Assembly: GCA_964016885.1 (NCBI GenBank)
Contig: OZ024745.1
Coordinates: 78,182,001 to 78,246,000 of the forward strand
Length of the DNA stretch: 64,000 nt
Origin: Eledone cirrhosa
Lineage: Eukaryota
Direction: 5' to 3'
How positions within the stretch are numbered: the stretch's first letter is position 1; every line of letters starts with the position of its first letter. The position numbers and the translations under genes were made by a program. The notes under the pieces are model-generated. The model saw only the letters and a list, made by a program, of their open reading frames with translations. It was not told where the DNA came from and did no database searches. Positions 62,355 to 64,000 of the stretch are shown here, in pieces.

Positions 62355-62415
62355 GCTTTCCTGGTGATTTCTTTTGAATGAAACAGTTCTAGTCCTGTAG
62401 AAGCCATTTCTATAG
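62355..62415 (+). mobile_element. Family C pLTR-like fragment (core mutated to CTGGTGA)
   Basis: ctggtgatttcttttgaatgaaacagttctagtcctgtagaagcc. Confidence 0.55.
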
Positions 62416-62849
62416 TTAAAATTATATATAACTAACTTATATATATAAGTAACTGAACATCGGATAGAATACTTTGATGTATTCGTTCCGGCTCTCTGCA
62501 TTCTGAGTTCATTTCCTGCCGAGGTCAACATTGACTTTCGCCCTTTCGAGGTCGAAAAAATGTACCAGTCTAATCCGAGGGTCAACTTTTCCGCTGTATC
62601 ACTTTTGTACACACATATACTCCTTCTCTCTCTATATGCTCTTTTTCTCTTCTCTTCTCACCCTTCTCCCCCTCTCTGCTCAGACCTTGAGACTATACAG
62701 AGATAAGCTCTGCCCCTACAACTTCATTAGGAATTACGAGTCCATACAATACAAATACATATGGCCATAAAGCATAAATGCGTATTAATCTACGAATACA
62801 GTCCCTTATAGATGTCTATATACATACATACTCACGTATATATAACTGT

Positions 62850-62938
<89 letters not shown>

Positions 62939-62943
62939 ATATT

Positions 62944-63430
62944 GACTACTGGGGTCGATTAGAAAACCTGAAACTTTACTCACTCCAACGTCGCCGTGAG
63001 CGTTATATTATCTGCATGATGTGGAAAATGTTCCATCATCACTGCCCAAATGATGTTGGCATCGCCTTCAAGATACACCCAAGGCTTGGGCCCCGTGCTA
63101 TCCGTCCCATTCAAAAATCTAAATCGCAACTCATAACAACAATACGGCACAATTATTTCACCTCAATCGGCCCTGCTCTCTTCAACATCACACCAGGACA
63201 CGTCAAAACAGAAACTGACCACACAAAATTCAAGAAGTCTTTGGACAAATTCCTCCAAGTAATCCCGGACAAACCACCCACACCCGGATATGTCTCCGCA
63301 AACAGTAATTCTCTTCTCGAATGGGCCATGGTGCCCAAATCCTGAATTGAAAGACTTCGCCAGGTGGTGCTATTAAGTTAGACATGCCCTGGGCCAATAC
63401 TGGCCAAAACATTTCAAAGTTATTCAAAGT
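62944..63430 (+). mobile_element. CR1/L2-group LINE 3' end inserted in (TA)n
   Basis: DYWGRLENLKLYSLQRRRERYIICMMWKM...GPALFNITP...FKKSLDKFLQVIPDKP is the typical C-terminus of CR1-group ORF2; the frame is open to the stop at 63345. Confidence 0.8.
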
Positions 63431-63437
63431 TATATGT

Positions 63438-63533
<96 letters not shown>

Positions 63534-64000
63534 CTCTATATCTCTCTATATCTCTCTATATATCTCCCTTACATTAATACTTGAGCTAAATAAATAAATA
63601 AATAAATAAATAAATGCATCATTGATACACTTACTCAAAATGACCTCCCACTACCTAATTTTTCTATATCTATATTTATATATGTATCTATCTCTATTTC
63701 CTCTCTCTCTATATATATATATATATCTCTCTTTCGGTCTCTTTACATGAAGCTCTTCGCTTTATCTATTTTTCCATCTCTCTATTTTGTCCCATGCATT
63801 TCTTCTTTTTCTTCTTTTTCTTCCTTTTCTTCGTTTTGTCTTTCTTTCTTTCTTATTTCCCTCTTTTCTCTCTCTCTTTCTTTCTCTCTGTATTTTCACT
63901 GCTAGAGTGAACCTCTTCAAATGAAGTTGATGTTTATTACGGTATGTCGAATATATTTATCTATAAAACTGTTTATATTGTATTTTGTCTGATGAAGGCA

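Overview
AT-rich, microsatellite-dense metazoan DNA. The SINE/LINE repertoire and the multi-kb (TA)n/(TATG) blocks look like a coleoid cephalopod (Octopus-type) genome; this is an inference. The only host gene I can support is a + strand collagen XV/XVIII (multiplexin)-like gene. Its N-terminal TSPN/LamG domain is split over two exons (13403-13968 and 52711-52776) by a ~38.7 kb intron. The rest is intron or intergenic sequence filled with tRNA-derived SINEs, RTE, R4/Dong and CR1-group LINE remnants, non-autonomous Helitrons, Tc1/mariner MITEs and very large TA-based microsatellites. All the long poly-(IY) ORFs are artefacts of those microsatellites. The most interesting signal is non-coding: about a dozen minimal type-I hammerhead ribozyme motifs (CUGANGA-stem II-GAAA-short palindromic stem III-UH) from several unrelated sequence families. 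They lie in Penelope-type pLTR-like pieces next to (TA)n tracts, and many are arranged as inverted pairs with their 3' ends pointing outward. Both orientations occur inside the collagen pre-mRNA. Other observations: a composite Helitron splits one ribozyme element, two near-identical bipartite RTE copies lie inverted ~6 kb apart, and both canonical TSPN cysteines appear to be lost.
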